Positions 16,524-18,851 of a DNA stretch of 18,851 nt are shown piece after piece (position 1 is the stretch's first letter; every line of letters begins with the position of its first letter). The notes under the pieces were generated by a model. It saw only the letters and a program-made list of their open reading frames with translations. It was not told the origin of the DNA and did not search any database. The DNA is from an uncultured delta proteobacterium. GTDB taxonomy: Bacteria; Myxococcota_A; Polyangia; Palsa-1104. Where the stretch lies: the NCBI GenBank assembly GCA_963785725.1, contig CAWAWS010000028.1, forward strand, positions 1-18,851, written 5' to 3'. A program made the position numbers and the translations under genes.

Positions 16524-17614
16524 TGGACCCCAATCTGCGCACACGCATCGCGTTCACCCTCCTGTTCGCGCTCGCGCTCGGGCTGTCGGCCTATGTCATG
16601 TGGCCGTTTCGCGGGCCGCTCTTCTTGGCGATGGTGCTGGCCAGCGTGCTGCAAGGGCCCTATCGCGCGCTGACTCGGCTGATGCGCGGGCACAAGCTCT
16701 TGGCCGCGGCGACGACGACGCTCTTGCTGCTCGTCCTGCTCATCGGCCCGTTGGCGGCGGTGTTGGCGATGACGGCGACGCAAGTCTTGAAGGGCCTCGG
16801 CTTCGTGCGCGACGAGCTCGGCATCGCCAGCGTGCACCAGCTGCGCGAGGAGGAGTCGCTGCCGCCGCGCGCGCAGCAGCTCATCGAGCACACGCTGGCG
16901 ACGCTGCACTTGTCGCTGACGCAAGTCGAAGGCTACCTCAAGCAGGCGGCGACGGTGGCCGAGCACGGGCTGCAGAGCGTGCTCGAGTCGTCGTCGCGCG
17001 CCGGCTTTCACACGGCGATCATGCTCATCGCCTTCTACTTCTTCCTGCACGACGGCGAGAAGCTGGCGGCGTGGCTGCGCCGCGTGTCGCCGCTGCAGGC
17101 GCGGCAGACGAGCGATCTGCTCGAGGAGTTCCGCGCCGTCTCGCGCGCGTCGATCCTCGGCACCGCCATCGCGTCCGGCTTTCAAGCGGTCATCGCCACC
17201 GTCGGCTTCTTCATCTTCGGCGTGCCCAACGCCGTCTTCTTCGGCCTGGTGACGCTGATCGCGTCGTTCATCCCCGTCGTGGGCACGCTGCTCGTGTGGG
17301 TGCCGGCGTGCGGCTTTTTGTGGCTGCTCGGCCATCACGCGAGCAGCATCCTGCTCGGCATCTGGTGCGTCGTGTTCGTCGTCGGCGCCGAGCACATCGG
17401 CAAGCCGTTCGCGATGCGCTTCGTGCTCGGCGGCAAGGACGAGATGCACACCGGCCTCGTCTTCTTGGCGCTGCTCGGCGGCCTCGAGATGTTCGGCCTC
17501 ATCGGCCTCGTCGTCGGTCCGCTCGTCTTCGCGTTCCTCTTGGCGATGCTGCGCATCTACGAGCGCGACTTCTCGCTGGCGCCGCGCATCGTCGAGACGT
17601 CGACCGAGTCGTAG
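16520..17614 (+). CDS. AI-2E (PerM/YdiK-like) family transporter
   Basis: Start ATG 16520 or 16523 overlaps the upstream stop. Motifs WPF..PLFLA, FYFFLHDG, SFIPVVGTLLVWVP and GGLEMFGLIGLVVGP. Confidence 0.93.
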   Translation: MMDPNLRTRIAFTLLFALALGLSAYVMWPFRGPLFLAMVLASVLQGPYRALTRLMRGHKLLAAATTTLLLLVLLIGPLAAVLAMTATQVLKGLGFVRDELGIASVHQLREEESLPPRAQQLIEHTLATLHLSLTQVEGYLKQAATVAEHGLQSVLESSSRAGFHTAIMLIAFYFFLHDGEKLAAWLRRVSPLQARQTSDLLEEFRAVSRASILGTAIASGFQAVIATVGFFIFGVPNAVFFGLVTLIASFIPVVGTLLVWVPACGFLWLLGHHASSILLGIWCVVFVVGAEHIGKPFAMRFVLGGKDEMHTGLVFLALLGGLEMFGLIGLVVGPLVFAFLLAMLRIYERDFSLAPRIVETSTES

Positions 17615-17617
17615 CGC

Positions 17618-18640
17618 CTACCAAAAATGCGAGACGCGCAGGCCGATGAAGCGGCTGATGCCCGCGCTCCCCGTCGCGTGGATGTCTTGGTTGTACTGCG
17701 GTAACAACAGCGTCTGCGGATCGACGCGAATGCCGATGCCGAAGCGCAGCGTCTGCACCGTCTGCTGGGCGATCGCCTGCTCGTCGATGTGCAGCGGCAC
17801 CTCGGTGAAGTTCTGCTGCCCATTCACCGTCAGGTAATAGGACACGCCGACATAGACGTGCTCGGCCACGTCCATCGTCAGATGCGCCGCGAACGCGCCG
17901 CTCACTTTGTGCGTCAAGCTGCCCTGGAGCTGGCCGAGCGGCGAGGTAATGGCGAACTTGTCGTTGTCCGTGTATTCGGTGACGTTTCCCACGAGCTCGA
18001 CATCGAACACTTTGTAGAAGCGCTGGCCGAGGCCGATCTCCTGCTCGAACCAATAGCGATGCGTCCCGACATTGACGGGATGATTGACGTCGTACTGCCC
18101 AGTCGGAAACGAGAAATAGGGCGTTAAGCCAATATACGTATGATTGAATTGTCCTTCGGGCCGCAGATAGCCGAGCGTCGGTAGGAGCTCGAAGTCGCCG
18201 ATGCCCGACGCGTGCAGCGCGACGTCGGCCGGCGAACCGGGCATGGCCGGCGTGTACGCGGTGACGTCGGCGACGGGCAAGAGGGCGTCGAAGGGCACGA
18301 GCGACCAATGGCCGAAGTGCATGATGTAAGCGGCGCGTAGGACGCCCAAGTCCTGCGAGTAGTCCTGCGAGCCCGACGCCGACACGTGGCGATAGTAAAT
18401 GACGGCGACGAGCGTGCAATCGGGCAGCCCGGTCTCGGCTTCGTAGTCGCGCGCGTCGGCCTCGGCGTGAGCGCGAGGGCCGAGCGCGCCGGTGAGCGAC
18501 AGCGCTAAGAGCGACGCGACAACTTGCCGCAGGGCGCGCCCGACAGGCGCGGCGCGCCGCGACGGTCGGCCGCGACAGTCGGCGATCGCGGCCGGGGCGT
18601 GCGCGCTGCGAGGACCCTCGGCGCCAGGCTCATTCGTCAT
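17618..18640 (-). CDS. Outer-membrane beta-barrel channel, COG4313/SphA (MetA-pathway of phenol degradation)-like
   Basis: Signal peptide ending AHA-EA; family-like motifs SGIGD and FPTGQYDVNHPVNVGTHRY; alternating beta-strand pattern; C-terminal aromatic (RVSHFW). ATG 18640 is well spaced from GGAGGAG. Confidence 0.75.
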   Translation of the reverse strand: MTNEPGAEGPRSAHAPAAIADCRGRPSRRAAPVGRALRQVVASLLALSLTGALGPRAHAEADARDYEAETGLPDCTLVAVIYYRHVSASGSQDYSQDLGVLRAAYIMHFGHWSLVPFDALLPVADVTAYTPAMPGSPADVALHASGIGDFELLPTLGYLRPEGQFNHTYIGLTPYFSFPTGQYDVNHPVNVGTHRYWFEQEIGLGQRFYKVFDVELVGNVTEYTDNDKFAITSPLGQLQGSLTHKVSGAFAAHLTMDVAEHVYVGVSYYLTVNGQQNFTEVPLHIDEQAIAQQTVQTLRFGIGIRVDPQTLLLPQYNQDIHATGSAGISRFIGLRVSHFW

Positions 18641-18663
18641 GGGCATCTCCTCCGAATCGTTAG

Positions 18664-18678
18664 TTCTGCAGTGCAGAA
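18664..18678. promoter_or_regulatory. Perfect 7-1-7 inverted repeat (candidate operator) upstream of the outer-membrane channel gene
   Basis: TTCTGCA-G-TGCAGAA, about 24 bp upstream of the start codon. Confidence 0.4.
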
Positions 18679-18851
18679 TCGCATTCCACTGCTATGAAAC
18701 TATCCGCCCGTGACGAGGGCGCCGTCAACATTCAGCGACGAGGCGCGACATGACGCGCGCCGCCGCGGTCGCACACCTGCCGTTAGACGAGTGAGCCGCG
18801 TGACGTGCGGAAACATCGAAGAGCACGCGAAGCGGCCGTGCCGCTAACGGC

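Noticed and set aside
18695..18728. Minus-strand sigma70 promoter TTGACG...TAGTTT for the channel gene
   Set aside because: The spacer is about 20 nt, too long to call.

Overview
Almost all of this window (about 620-18851) is high-GC DNA that looks like Myxococcota/Polyangia, inferred from the MreB N-terminus, the Hanks kinase with PEGA-like repeats and the codon style. In order it holds: a 5'-truncated thymidylate kinase; a complete minus-strand rod-shape operon (mreB-mreC-mreD-mrdA-rodA), where mreB carries two +1 frameshifts that are probably sequencing errors; a divergent 4xCxxC zinc-finger hypothetical gene followed by a SurA/PpiD-like chaperone; and a membrane Ser/Thr kinase with PEGA-like repeats followed immediately by four tandem paralogous TRAP-type (DctP/TatP-like) periplasmic binding proteins with no membrane transporter nearby. 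After these come a c-di-AMP (ydaO/yuaA) riboswitch whose pseudoknot covers the RBS of an unrecognised 79-aa ORF, a single-domain response regulator, a DUF1304-like membrane protein, an AI-2E family transporter and a COG4313/SphA-like outer-membrane channel. The first ~620 bp look foreign: a divergent hydantoin-racemase-family / dihydropyrimidinase pair that breaks off and is fused to the headless tmk, most likely a chimeric read or assembly junction. The best candidates for undescribed biology are the kinase plus orphan binding-protein array and the riboswitch-controlled small protein. All calls come from visual motif recognition; no searches were run.
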